This document shows, one piece after another, positions 19,229-28,272 of a stretch of DNA of 64,000 nucleotides. The stretch lies in NCBI GenBank assembly GCA_037442745.1, contig JBBIPP010000004.1:30090-94089 (forward strand), in the 5' to 3' direction. Below the pieces are notes generated by a model. The model saw nothing but the letters and a program-made list of their open reading frames with translations. It did not search any database and was not told where the DNA came from. The position numbers were made by a program, and so were the translations under genes. Each line of letters opens with the position of its first letter. The stretch's first letter is position 1. This stretch comes from an archaeon (GTDB lineage: Archaea; SpSt-1190; DYHY01).

Positions 19229-19360
19229 ATTTAGAACTATTCTTAGGCCTTTAATAAAATAACACATCATTTGGCCTTTGTAAAGACAATAAAAAGAAAA
19301 CTTTAAAAGCAAGATTGAATATATTACTATTAAATAACAAAAAAGGATTGATGATGAAAA

Positions 19361-19903
19361 ATGGCAAAACCTGAAAACGCACGTGAGTTGTGGGGGGAAA
19401 TGTTCGTTAACAATGAGGGTATAATTAAGAGGTATGTAAATGATCTTGCAAACTCAGCCAAAGAGTTTCCTTATTATGGAGGTTTGGCGGGATTTTTGGG
19501 AGAAGGCGCTTCAAGAATAGGCAAGGCAGTAAGTTCTTATGCAAGAGGTCCTGTGGCAGCTAAAAAGCCGGCAGAAGGGCCGGCAGAAGGGCCGGCAGAA
19601 GGGCCGGCAGAAGGGCCGGCAAAAACCGATGACGGCCCAGGCGGAGACGTGAAGACTCTCGGCTATAAGGAGATACTTAATCGCCTTGAGGAACTTGCGA
19701 GGGGGCAACAGAATTCTCCTTCCATCCCGTTCACTGCGAAAACTCCCGCTAGTTCGCTCTACAAACCCCAACCGAATGAACCTTCAAAGCTAAATAAGGG
19801 ACTGGAATATCTGGCGTTTGTTCTTGGCCCGGACTTTGAAAGTTATGTTCCCCAGCTAAATGATCTCGGAGCACGTGGAGTTATAAAGACGTACCCAATC
19901 TAA
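19361..19903 (+). CDS. Hypothetical protein with (PAEG)4 linker
   Basis: 180-aa ORF with its own AT-rich promoter region. Confidence 0.75.
   Translation: MAKPENARELWGEMFVNNEGIIKRYVNDLANSAKEFPYYGGLAGFLGEGASRIGKAVSSYARGPVAAKKPAEGPAEGPAEGPAEGPAKTDDGPGGDVKTLGYKEILNRLEELARGQQNSPSIPFTAKTPASSLYKPQPNEPSKLNKGLEYLAFVLGPDFESYVPQLNDLGARGVIKTYPI
19567..19621. repeat. 12-bp in-frame tandem repeat GCCGGCAGAAGG x4.6
   Basis: Direct reading. Confidence 0.95.
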
Positions 19904-19909
19904 ATTTCA

Positions 19910-20233
19910 TCAATCCAAGAAAAACGGGATGGAAGAAATCTCCCCTCCCGCCCGCCTTTTCTTTTCAATTGTGAATGTTCCTAGAAATTCTTCCGGAACC
20001 CGGAACTTACCGAAATGCAGGCCCGAATCAACATATCCCCAAGAAATTATCGCCGCTTCGAACGCCTCGACAAATTTTCCCTCTTTCAGGAAATGTTTTG
20101 CGTCCGAAAAATAGGACTTGGCCAGAAGAAGAACTTGTCTTGTCTCTTCGGACTCCTCAACAATTTCAACCTTTTCAATGAACGAGCCAGTCCGTTCAAC
20201 TTCTCGCCGGGCAACCTTTTCCATCCTGTTCAT
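19910..20233 (-). CDS. DUF357-family protein
   Basis: AKSYFSDAKHFL..G..VEAFEA...WGYVD; adjacent to dph5 as is common in archaea. Confidence 0.85.
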   Translation of the reverse strand: MNRMEKVARREVERTGSFIEKVEIVEESEETRQVLLLAKSYFSDAKHFLKEGKFVEAFEAAIISWGYVDSGLHFGKFRVPEEFLGTFTIEKKRRAGGEISSIPFFLD

Positions 20234-20234
20234 T

Positions 20235-20936
20235 CTAATCGAACCTGAACCATTTGAGGAAAGCCTCCTCAGTGAAATGGAGCTTTGCCGGAATTACCAA
20301 GCAGTGGGGAGCCTTCCCGAACTCGAGTGCTTCCAATTTTTCGGCTTCCCCCCAGGCAATTTTCATGTCGGGCCTGTTCGCACGGGAGAGGACAACGAAC
20401 TCCGGGAAGAACGCTTTCAGGTGCCTTATTGCTTCCTTCGGATTCATTCCAATATCAAGAAGAACGAGCGTGTGGAGGTCTGCCGAGAGGTTCTTCTTCG
20501 TGTATTCGACAACTGAAGGGAATTCTCCAAATGATGGGAGGGAGACAGTCCGGCCGAACTTGTAAAGCTGGAGGCCCGTCTTTCCGACTGCAGTGAAAAT
20601 CGATGGCGCAGAGACAATCTCGCATTGGACGCCCTTCTCCCTCGCCTCTTCAATCAATGCAAGATGGGTTGTCGCGGCAAGAGGGTCTCCGGAAACTAGT
20701 ATTGCCACTTTCTGCCCAAGAGCCTTTTCAATCAATTCGGCAGAATTGTTCTCGAAATCCTCCCGTTTTGCCCTTAAAAATTCCCGCCCCGTGACTTTCT
20801 CAAGATAGGCAATCTGAACCGGGGAAATTGTGTTTGTATAGTCCTCAAGATAGACAATATCCGCCGACTTTACTTCGTTTACCCCTTTGAGTGTTATTTC
20901 CGACACATCAAGCCCAAGACCTATCAGGACAAGCAT
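20235..20936 (-). CDS. dph5: Diphthine synthase
   Basis: LIGLGL...ITLKG...YLEDYT...GDPLAATTH...GLQLYKFGRTVS...LHTLVLLDI...LHFTE. Confidence 0.95.
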   Translation of the reverse strand: MLVLIGLGLDVSEITLKGVNEVKSADIVYLEDYTNTISPVQIAYLEKVTGREFLRAKREDFENNSAELIEKALGQKVAILVSGDPLAATTHLALIEEAREKGVQCEIVSAPSIFTAVGKTGLQLYKFGRTVSLPSFGEFPSVVEYTKKNLSADLHTLVLLDIGMNPKEAIRHLKAFFPEFVVLSRANRPDMKIAWGEAEKLEALEFGKAPHCLVIPAKLHFTEEAFLKWFRFD

Positions 20937-20982
20937 TTTTCGAAACCTCGCAAGGTTTCCTGAATTTAATCTTTAAAAACAA

Positions 20983-22041
20983 TTGTCTGCAATTTGTTCT
21001 GTGCAGAAAAAAAAGGAAAATTCGAAAAGCCCAGCAACAGGCTCAGCCACCGGCCTCGCAGTCCGGGCGAAGCGGGCTCTCGCCGAAAAGACCCGAAAAA
21101 GCCTCTCTGACGGAGGCCTTATTGACAATGGAAGGCAAATTGTTCCGGACGGGGAATTTATTCTGATTCCAGTTCTCGGGGGAAAAAAAGGTCTTGATAT
21201 TGTGGAGCGGGACCTTCCCCTTCAGGCGCCCCACAGCCAGTCCCTGGAAAAGCTTCTTTCCGGAATAATGCCCAAGGGAAAAAAGTTTTCGAAATCATTC
21301 GACATTGTCGGAACTGTCGGAATACTGGACGTTCCCTCGCTCCCAAGAGAGAGCCAGAAATTCGCCGCACTCGCCCTGAAAAAAGTCTATCCTAATCTCG
21401 CCTGCATTTCGACAAGGGCTGGGATAATTGAGGACGAATTCCGCGTCCGGCCCCTGAAGAAAATCTGGGGCGCCAAAATGGAAACAATCCATAACGAGAA
21501 CGGCGTTCGCCTTAAATTGGACCCGTCGAAAGTCTATTTCTCCCCGAGGCAGGCATCTGAAAGAAAAAGAATCTCCTCTCTTATCGGAAAAAACGAGACA
21601 ATCCTTGTAATGTTCGCCGGATGCGGTCCCTATTCAATCCTTATTGCAAAGGAGCATCCGGACTGCTTTGTATATTCAATTGAAAAGAACCCCAAAGGCG
21701 CGAAATACCTGAAGGAGAACATAAAATTGAACAAGCTTTCCCTTAATTCCGAGGCAATCTCGGGCGATGTTCGGAAAATTGTCCCGAATCTTGCGAAGAG
21801 AGGGCTTATTTTCGACAGAATTCTCATGCCACTTCCGAAGTGTGCGGATAACTTCCTTGACCTAATCCCTCTGATTTCCAAAAAGGGAACGTTTCTCCAT
21901 TTCTATTCGTTCGGGCGCGACTTTTCAGACACCGAAAAAACAATTGCTGAAAGGCTTCCTAGCGCAAGAATTATGAACGCCCGGAGGTGCGGGGACATTG
22001 CTCCGGGCAAGTTCAGGCTTGTCTTTGACGTTGTGCTCTGA
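20983..22041 (+). CDS. trm5: Trm5/Met-10+ family tRNA methyltransferase (start uncertain)
   Basis: FDIVG, TIHNENG, VYFSPR..SER.RI, MFAGCGPY, IEKNP, DRILMPLP. Confidence 0.88.
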   Translation: MSAICSVQKKKENSKSPATGSATGLAVRAKRALAEKTRKSLSDGGLIDNGRQIVPDGEFILIPVLGGKKGLDIVERDLPLQAPHSQSLEKLLSGIMPKGKKFSKSFDIVGTVGILDVPSLPRESQKFAALALKKVYPNLACISTRAGIIEDEFRVRPLKKIWGAKMETIHNENGVRLKLDPSKVYFSPRQASERKRISSLIGKNETILVMFAGCGPYSILIAKEHPDCFVYSIEKNPKGAKYLKENIKLNKLSLNSEAISGDVRKIVPNLAKRGLIFDRILMPLPKCADNFLDLIPLISKKGTFLHFYSFGRDFSDTEKTIAERLPSARIMNARRCGDIAPGKFRLVFDVVL

Positions 22042-22140
22042 TAAGAGGCCTGTTTTCAGGTGGTCAGGAGGAACTAGGAACTGGGGGGCGGAGAACGCCC
22101 CGCGGTTTGGGCTCTTGGCAAGTTCAGGCTTGTCTTTGAC
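22006..22140. repeat. 24-bp direct repeat (22006-22029, 22117-22140) duplicating the trm5 3' end
   Basis: GGCAAGTTCAGGCTTGTCTTTGAC occurs twice. Confidence 0.9.
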
Positions 22141-22246
22141 ATTGAACTCCAACTCCAAGAAATTCGGCTGGAGCGAGCAAGAAAACCGCTAAAAATTCTT
22201 TTGGGAAGCAAAGAATTATATAACTTCAAATGGCTCGGCCCTCATT

Positions 22247-24265
22247 GTGGTTGGCCTGATTAGGAAATGGACTTCGCTTGCGTTTTTTTTGGCAGTCGGG
22301 CTTGTCGTCGTGGCAGTTATTGCCGCTTTCCTTTTCGCTCAGAACGGAAAAACGCCCTCCCCAGCTCAGGAATCAGTAAAAGTCTACTGGTTCATTCCTG
22401 ACGGGCTCCGGGCAGACCCATACAAGTTCAAAATGTTCGAATGGGCGGACGAAGGAAAACTCCCGAACATAAAATGGATGATGGATAACGGAGCATATGG
22501 CTATTCAATTCCGGATTTCCCGTCCCACACTCCGGTGAATTTCGCAACTCTCCTGACAGGAGCGCATCCGGAAGTCCACGGGATTGCCGACGGGCCGATG
22601 CATGTCGAAGGTTACCCCCTTGACAAGCCGGCGGTTGCTGGGTTCTCGTCTTCCGCGAAAAAGGTTGCGCCAATTTGGACGCTCTTTGAGAATGCTGGGA
22701 AAAAGGTTGCAATCCTCTCCGTCCCGGGGTCAACGCCCCCAGAGATAAATGAAGGAATAGTCATACGTGGGCGGTGGGGCGGATGGGGGGCCGACACACC
22801 CGCACTAAACTTCGAGTCAGCTGAGAAGCTCGAGGAACGGAAAAAATACGGCCGGGCTTTTCGGCTTTTCTACCTTGGTTCGCCATTGACAATATTCGTG
22901 AAAGGCAAGGTGTCTGAGAATCCAGCCAAGCAAAGCTACCTTCCCGAAATACATGTTGCGCTTCCGGCATACGGAAAGAATTTCTCCGCAATCCTCTCAG
23001 GGGAAGAGAAGTCCGGCTATTCCTCGGCGTCATTTTATTTCGACGGAAATCTTGTGACAACGCTCGAGCAAGGAGAGACTAGCGAGTGGTTTCCTGTGAA
23101 CCTCACCTGGAACAACCTTACATTTCTTTCAGAAGTGAGGTTTACCCTGATAAAGCTGGAAGAAAACGGCCTATTTAGGATTAGGCTGTTCTTCAACAAC
23201 ATAAACGAACTTATAGTGTTTCCTTCGTCAGTAGCTAGGGAAATCACCGATGCAATAGGCCCTTCGGTCGATTTTGTCGACAACTGGCCGAACCAGCTTT
23301 CGTTCGAGCCCGAGGACAAGAAGGTGTTTTTCGACGAAGCAATGGATTCATTGGAATGGCACAGGAAGGCTGCAGGATTCATTTTCGATAAATACTCTCC
23401 AGACCTATTTGTACACGACACTTACACTCCTAACCAGTTCTTGGAAGCCCGCTGGTGGCACAGGCATGTTGATGAGAACAGCCCGGACTTTTCAGGTGAA
23501 ACTGATAGCGAGGCATGGAGCGAGATTCTCACAATGTACAAGGGCGTTGATTCAATAATAGGGGAAATTAGGCAAAAGGCCGGAAGCGACACGATAATAA
23601 TCCTGTCCTCGGACCACGGCGTCGCGCCCCTGTACAGGCAGGTGAAACTCAACAACCTGTTCAGGGAAAAGGGGTGGCTTTTTTACACTAACGACGAAAA
23701 GACTGGCGAGCCGAAAATAGACTGGAACAGGAGCAAGGTGATTTTCCTTAAAATGAACCACGTGTATGTCAACCCTTCTGGCCTAGGTGGAAATTACAGG
23801 CGCGCGAACGGGACGGAATATTATGCTCTTAGGCAGGAAGTTATTGACGCTATGCTAGCTCTTGAGGATTCAGATGGTTCCCGCCCGATATTTGCAGTCT
23901 CTCCAGGAGATCTCTATGAGAAGGTTATTGGGTTTGAGTCAGCATCCTCAGAGTTCTCGCTTCCGGCGGACCGCGTCGGCGACCTCGTTTTCCAGCAGAA
24001 GATTGGCTACCAGACTGTCGAAGAGATGGATTACGGGGATATTTTCATCAATCCTCTCTCCTCAGGATACAAGCAGGCGATTGACCCGAAAAACGAGAGT
24101 ATGTGGACTCCTTTCGTGATTGTTGGCCCCGGAATAAGAAAGGGCGTCTTCATAGAAAACCCGATAGACCACGTTGACCAGATGCCAACAATACTGAACC
24201 TCACGCGGATGCCTATTCCGGAATACGTTCAGGGAAGGGTTCTAGTCGAAATATTGGCCAATTGA
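22247..24265 (+). CDS. Membrane-anchored alkaline-phosphatase-superfamily nucleotide pyrophosphatase/phosphodiesterase
   Basis: N-terminal TM; DGLR, FPSHT.VNFATLLTG..P..HGI, SSDHG, VD.MPTIL. Confidence 0.88.
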   Translation: MVGLIRKWTSLAFFLAVGLVVVAVIAAFLFAQNGKTPSPAQESVKVYWFIPDGLRADPYKFKMFEWADEGKLPNIKWMMDNGAYGYSIPDFPSHTPVNFATLLTGAHPEVHGIADGPMHVEGYPLDKPAVAGFSSSAKKVAPIWTLFENAGKKVAILSVPGSTPPEINEGIVIRGRWGGWGADTPALNFESAEKLEERKKYGRAFRLFYLGSPLTIFVKGKVSENPAKQSYLPEIHVALPAYGKNFSAILSGEEKSGYSSASFYFDGNLVTTLEQGETSEWFPVNLTWNNLTFLSEVRFTLIKLEENGLFRIRLFFNNINELIVFPSSVAREITDAIGPSVDFVDNWPNQLSFEPEDKKVFFDEAMDSLEWHRKAAGFIFDKYSPDLFVHDTYTPNQFLEARWWHRHVDENSPDFSGETDSEAWSEILTMYKGVDSIIGEIRQKAGSDTIIILSSDHGVAPLYRQVKLNNLFREKGWLFYTNDEKTGEPKIDWNRSKVIFLKMNHVYVNPSGLGGNYRRANGTEYYALRQEVIDAMLALEDSDGSRPIFAVSPGDLYEKVIGFESASSEFSLPADRVGDLVFQQKIGYQTVEEMDYGDIFINPLSSGYKQAIDPKNESMWTPFVIVGPGIRKGVFIENPIDHVDQMPTILNLTRMPIPEYVQGRVLVEILAN

Positions 24266-24946
24266 TTTTTCGGCGCATACTTTCTCGAGTATTTCCTTCA
24301 AATCAGGCGCCTTCCCGACGCCCCAGTCGGAAGTCTCTGAAAAAAACTGTATTTCCTCGAGGAATCGGCCGCCTTTGCAGTATTTCAATACATAGATTGA
24401 ATGGTATTTAACGAGATCATTCGAACATACCCCATAGTTCCTGCGTTCCCCTGCCGGAAGGTAGTATGCCTTGCCGAGGCCGTCGGGATATTCGAAGGTT
24501 TCGGGGAGGAATTCCAGAGGGCACTCTATTTTTTGTGTTAGCTCCCCCGGATAAGGAGAGGGGATTTCTATGAAAATTGAATCCAAAAGGGCTGTGCGGG
24601 TAATTATTGCTTTGCGGGCTTCCTCCTTTCCGACAGGGAAATAGGAAAACTCCTTGAAGCTTGTTCCGACATCGGAGTTTTCCAGTATTCCCTCTCTTCT
24701 GATTGAAAGGATGTTTCCAAAAGTTACGCTAGTGTTTATTGAGTAAGTTCCTCTGTATGAGATGAATGCGTCCGAGACAGTCTTGCCATGGGAGCTCACC
24801 GGGCCGAACATGCCTGCGACAATTAGGCCGGCAAGCAGAGCGAGGAACGAGACGCCCGCAATAATCCGAAGAGACTTTCCAAGATTTTTCGACTTGCAAC
24901 CGGCCTCCATTTCAGCATGTTGTTTGTGTTTTTCCGCCATACGCAT
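24242..24946 (-). CDS. Hypothetical single-TM exported protein
   Basis: N-terminal TM; YPG....IECP..F.P and YGVC..YC motifs. Confidence 0.7.
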   Translation of the reverse strand: MRMAEKHKQHAEMEAGCKSKNLGKSLRIIAGVSFLALLAGLIVAGMFGPVSSHGKTVSDAFISYRGTYSINTSVTFGNILSIRREGILENSDVGTSFKEFSYFPVGKEEARKAIITRTALLDSIFIEIPSPYPGELTQKIECPLEFLPETFEYPDGLGKAYYLPAGERRNYGVCSNDLVKYHSIYVLKYCKGGRFLEEIQFFSETSDWGVGKAPDLKEILEKVCAEKSIGQYFD

Positions 24947-24993
24947 TCAGCTGTCCTGTATTCAGAGGACTGAAATTCCCTTGCCTCCGAGCC

Positions 24994-25398
24994 CTATCCT
25001 GAAATATGCTTCATTTCCAGACGGTTTTTTTCAAAGGCCTTCCTCCAGATGAACTCCGCTTCCGCAGCGGTTTTCCCGAAGCTATCGGAGAAAAGCCCGG
25101 CTGCTCTACCTTCAATGAGCGGGCTTTCGAGGATGTGCTTCAGCCCAATTGAGCTAAAAGCCCCCATTCGGATTTCCGGTCGCCTCCCCGGGAAATTGAT
25201 TATGAGAGGTATTCTGAATACCTCCTTGGAAACAATTCCGTGGCCGAAGCTCGATTTGCAGAATAAATGCTTTTCTCCTAATTCGGCCGACAGGGCAGTG
25301 TTGAGGCATCCTACTTGCGCAATTGTCTGTTGATTGGCATGAAGAGGTCTAAGACTTTTCCTGTCTGTAATGACAATCAGCAGAAAGAACAGGTACAT
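24994..25398 (-). pseudogene. Probable sulfatase C-terminal remnant
   Basis: ELGEKH...FGHG....EVFRIPLIINFPG resembles the sulfatase GEH..HG..E..RVPLII..PG segment; no N-terminal catalytic region. Confidence 0.45.
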
Positions 25399-25573
25399 TT
25401 AGGAGGGCGAGCAATCAGGCGAGATCTCTCCCTACGAAAGGAAGAGGGTGTCTGTGCTGCTGCACGGACTTTGTTTCGTTCCCTCGGCAGGAGGAGGTCG
25501 GAGAGTTAGCGGATATCTCCGAACTGCACTTGCGCAGGATAAACTTGGCAGTCAATCCAAAATAGTGCGCAAG

Positions 25574-25657
25574 TGCAGGAGGAGGGATTCGAACCCACGA
25601 AGGCACTAAGCCACATGGACCTCAACCATGCCCCTTTGACCGCTTGGGTACCCCTGC
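25574..25657 (-). tRNA. tRNA-Leu(GAG), long variable arm, no intron, CCA not encoded
   Basis: GCAGGGG..CTCCTGC acceptor stem; CATGG-TTGAGGT-CCATG anticodon arm; GGTTCGAATCC T-arm. Confidence 0.95.
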
Positions 25658-25741
25658 GTATATGTTTGGCGGTTTTGAGGGAAATATCCGTCCCTTTTAA
25701 TAGTTTTTTCTCTTGGAAACTGTGAGATTTTTCCTCTCTTT

Positions 25742-25957
25742 TCAATCTTTCTGGAATTCGGGAATCTCTTCGCTTCGGATGCCTACAACTTATTCTTTCC
25801 CGAATATCCTCTCAACCCAACTCTCTTTTGAGAATGCCAGAATGACGGCCCTTGGATTTTCCAGCTCATCGTCAATTTTGTTGCCTTTATCCTTCATCCT
25901 CGCATATGAGTCTGCCTGAGCTTCTCCGTCAAATTTTCGCTCATTTTCCTCAGACGC
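25742..25957 (-). pseudogene. Decayed in-frame C-terminal extension of the upstream nuclease
   Basis: After the TAG at 25960-25958 the frame continues ASEENERKFDGEAQADSYARMKDK...VILAFSKESWVERIFGKE*VVGIR...QKD*. Confidence 0.5.
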
Positions 25958-26779
25958 CTACTTACCAGAAAAAAGGTGCTTTCTTTTCGGGCATATTTCC
26001 TGATATTCGCAGTATTCGCACAGCTTGCTCTCGTGCGCCGGAAACTCCTTTGCGCCCCTTATTTTTTCAACAAGCTCTGCAGTCCGTTTTCCGAGCTCCC
26101 TAAGTTCCCTGTCAGTCCTCTCGGAGCGAAGCTCTTTTCCGAAAACGAGGAAATGCCAGACAAGCCTGACTTTTTTCGCGTCCGGATACTGCCGCTTGAC
26201 TGCCATGGCATAGAGCGCTAGTTGCCTGTCCGAATCCAATTCCTTCTGGCTCTTCAGCCGGCTGTTCGTTTTGTAGTCGTGTATTTCGTAAATGCCCTCT
26301 CCTCTGGAAGAAAGCCTGTCAATATAGCCGATTAGCCTCTCCCCTCCCGGAAGAAGGACAATTACCTTCGCTTCAAGGCCGATTGTTGTCCCTTCATTGT
26401 TGAATGGGGAATGCTCCGAATAATAGTCCCTAATACCCCGCTCACCGAGCGCCCTGTAGCTCTCAACCGAGAGGCAATCTCCCTCTTTTGCAACAAATAG
26501 TTCCTCTCCTGCATTTTCAATTTCCGAAAGAGAGGAGGTCCAGATTTTGTTGTAATACCCGGCTAGCTCTTCCAGGGAAAGGAGGCGCCCGATCTGGAGC
26601 GTTTTGTAGAGATGCTTCAATGCCTCGTGGACGCGCTTTCCCATGAACTGCTCAATTGTTTCCGATACTTCTACTTGCACCTTGTCAATATACCTGAACT
26701 TGAACTTTAGGGGGCAGGACTCGTATGTGGAAATCCGCGAATTGGAGAAAAGCGTCCAACGGGATTTTTGCTCAGCCAT
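25958..26779 (-). CDS. RecB/Cas4-like PD-(D/E)xK nuclease with 4-Cys cluster
   Basis: SRI.TY..CP, G..VH.AL, GYIDRL, IHDYKT, QLALY, CEYCEY..ICP. Confidence 0.9.
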   Translation of the reverse strand: MAEQKSRWTLFSNSRISTYESCPLKFKFRYIDKVQVEVSETIEQFMGKRVHEALKHLYKTLQIGRLLSLEELAGYYNKIWTSSLSEIENAGEELFVAKEGDCLSVESYRALGERGIRDYYSEHSPFNNEGTTIGLEAKVIVLLPGGERLIGYIDRLSSRGEGIYEIHDYKTNSRLKSQKELDSDRQLALYAMAVKRQYPDAKKVRLVWHFLVFGKELRSERTDRELRELGKRTAELVEKIRGAKEFPAHESKLCEYCEYQEICPKRKHLFSGK

Positions 26780-26786
26780 TTGGGAC

Positions 26787-28133
26787 TTATTCTACCTTTT
26801 CAATTTCATCAGGTGTGGCAACGCTCTCCTTGACTTCGTCAAGCCTTTCCTGCCTTGTCTTGTCTTTTGCAATTTGCTGTTTTTTCTGCTGTTCCGAGGG
26901 CTTTCCTTTGGAATCAGCAGGTCCGGGTTTCCTCTTGAATTTCTTTGAGATTATTATCCCTCCGACAACTCCCGCTCCTAGAAACAGGCCGACCAATCCC
27001 CACATTCCCATTTTCTTCAGACAATCGTTTGAGCATTCCCCGAGCTTTGTTTCGCATCTGGTCACCTGCTCCTGCATTGTTGTTTTGGTGTCAGAGAGAG
27101 CCTTTTCATATGATGCGGTCGTGTTTGCGAGGTCGCTTTTGAGCTTACTGGCTTCGGAAAACCATGTTCTGTTCCCTTGGTCGAGCGCAATGTTCTTCGA
27201 CTGCAGATCAAGGACCTTTAGAGCAAGTTCGGAATCGCTCTTTAGTGTGATCTCCCGGTTTCCGGTGTCCGAAAGCCAGTTGATTATTGCTAGCCCGAAC
27301 TTGTCGTTGTTTATTGTCTCGTTGAAATAGTCCCGGTCATATATGTTGGCGTCGGAGAGTATGTCAAAATCGGATATTACGACTACGGCTCCGCTTCCGA
27401 AAAATGCCCGCGCCGCAATCGGTGGTTCGCTTCCCACAGGAAATGTCCCGGTTTCAGTGTAGGAAAGGTTGCTTCCGGTCGCAATTACCTTCGTTTTTCC
27501 GATTGGGGAATTCACTCTCACTGACTCGACAAAAAGGGGGTGCGCCTTGTATACTGCAATTTTGTTGACATCCGAGAGGCTTATGCCTTGTGGGTCTGTT
27601 TTGTCGGGAAAGTTCCTGACAAGGGCATAATATTTTCTGTCCTCAACGGGAATTGCGACCCCGTCCGGCCCAGTCTCGTTGAAAGGGAAATTGGCAGTGT
27701 CGACAAGCCAAGTTGTCCTCTTGTCCATCAATATTCCGTAGATTTGCCCTAGATTGTTGACTCCCTCCGGCTCGTCCCCGTTAATCAGGAGGCCTCCCCC
27801 CCTCACCCCTACATACCATCTGAGAGCAAGGATTTCTTCAGTGTCAAGAGCCTTGTTTAGCCCCTGCATTATCACGACATCATAATCGACAAGCTTTTCT
27901 TGGGTTAGTTTGACGTCAGAACTGCTGATTGAAGCAGTCGAATATCCAGCCCCCTGGAGGAGCGCGTTGAAGCGGGTGTATCCGCTCGATGTTATTCTCA
28001 TTGTTGTCGCTGCTTGGACCTCATAGAAGAGGACCTTTTTTCCGCCTGTCGAGAATCCCGGAAGAACTAGGATAATTGCGAAAATAACTGCGAAAACAAA
28101 AGCAACCTTGAAATTTCCTTTTCCTAATGACAT
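26787..28133 (-). CDS. Secreted, C-terminally anchored protein with a GATase-like (DUF4350/GIFT-like) domain and coiled coil
   Basis: Signal peptide; L.DYDVVIM...EILAL..YV..GGGLLI.GD; GSGAVVVISD.DI; N.KF...IINWL; TM then basic tail. Confidence 0.72.
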   Translation of the reverse strand: MSLGKGNFKVAFVFAVIFAIILVLPGFSTGGKKVLFYEVQAATTMRITSSGYTRFNALLQGAGYSTASISSSDVKLTQEKLVDYDVVIMQGLNKALDTEEILALRWYVGVRGGGLLINGDEPEGVNNLGQIYGILMDKRTTWLVDTANFPFNETGPDGVAIPVEDRKYYALVRNFPDKTDPQGISLSDVNKIAVYKAHPLFVESVRVNSPIGKTKVIATGSNLSYTETGTFPVGSEPPIAARAFFGSGAVVVISDFDILSDANIYDRDYFNETINNDKFGLAIINWLSDTGNREITLKSDSELALKVLDLQSKNIALDQGNRTWFSEASKLKSDLANTTASYEKALSDTKTTMQEQVTRCETKLGECSNDCLKKMGMWGLVGLFLGAGVVGGIIISKKFKRKPGPADSKGKPSEQQKKQQIAKDKTRQERLDEVKESVATPDEIEKVE

Positions 28134-28272
28134 TGGGGCTTATTTTCCCCGCCAATATTAAAGAATTTCTGGGAAATTTCGGATTATTCCCCTTCAAAAT
28201 GCTCCGTTTTGCGGAAGGAGCGTTTGAACTGCTCAATGTGGAAATTGTTAAATATCCCCAAAAAAGGCAATA

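Noticed and set aside
25958-25960. TAG read-through or alternative genetic code
   Set aside because: The extension also contains TAA, and conserved genes (dph5, cobO) end at TAG at their expected C-termini.
25958-26779. Cas4-like nuclease as evidence for CRISPR-Cas
   Set aside because: No cas1/cas2 and no repeat-spacer array in the window; stand-alone RecB-like nucleases are common in archaea.
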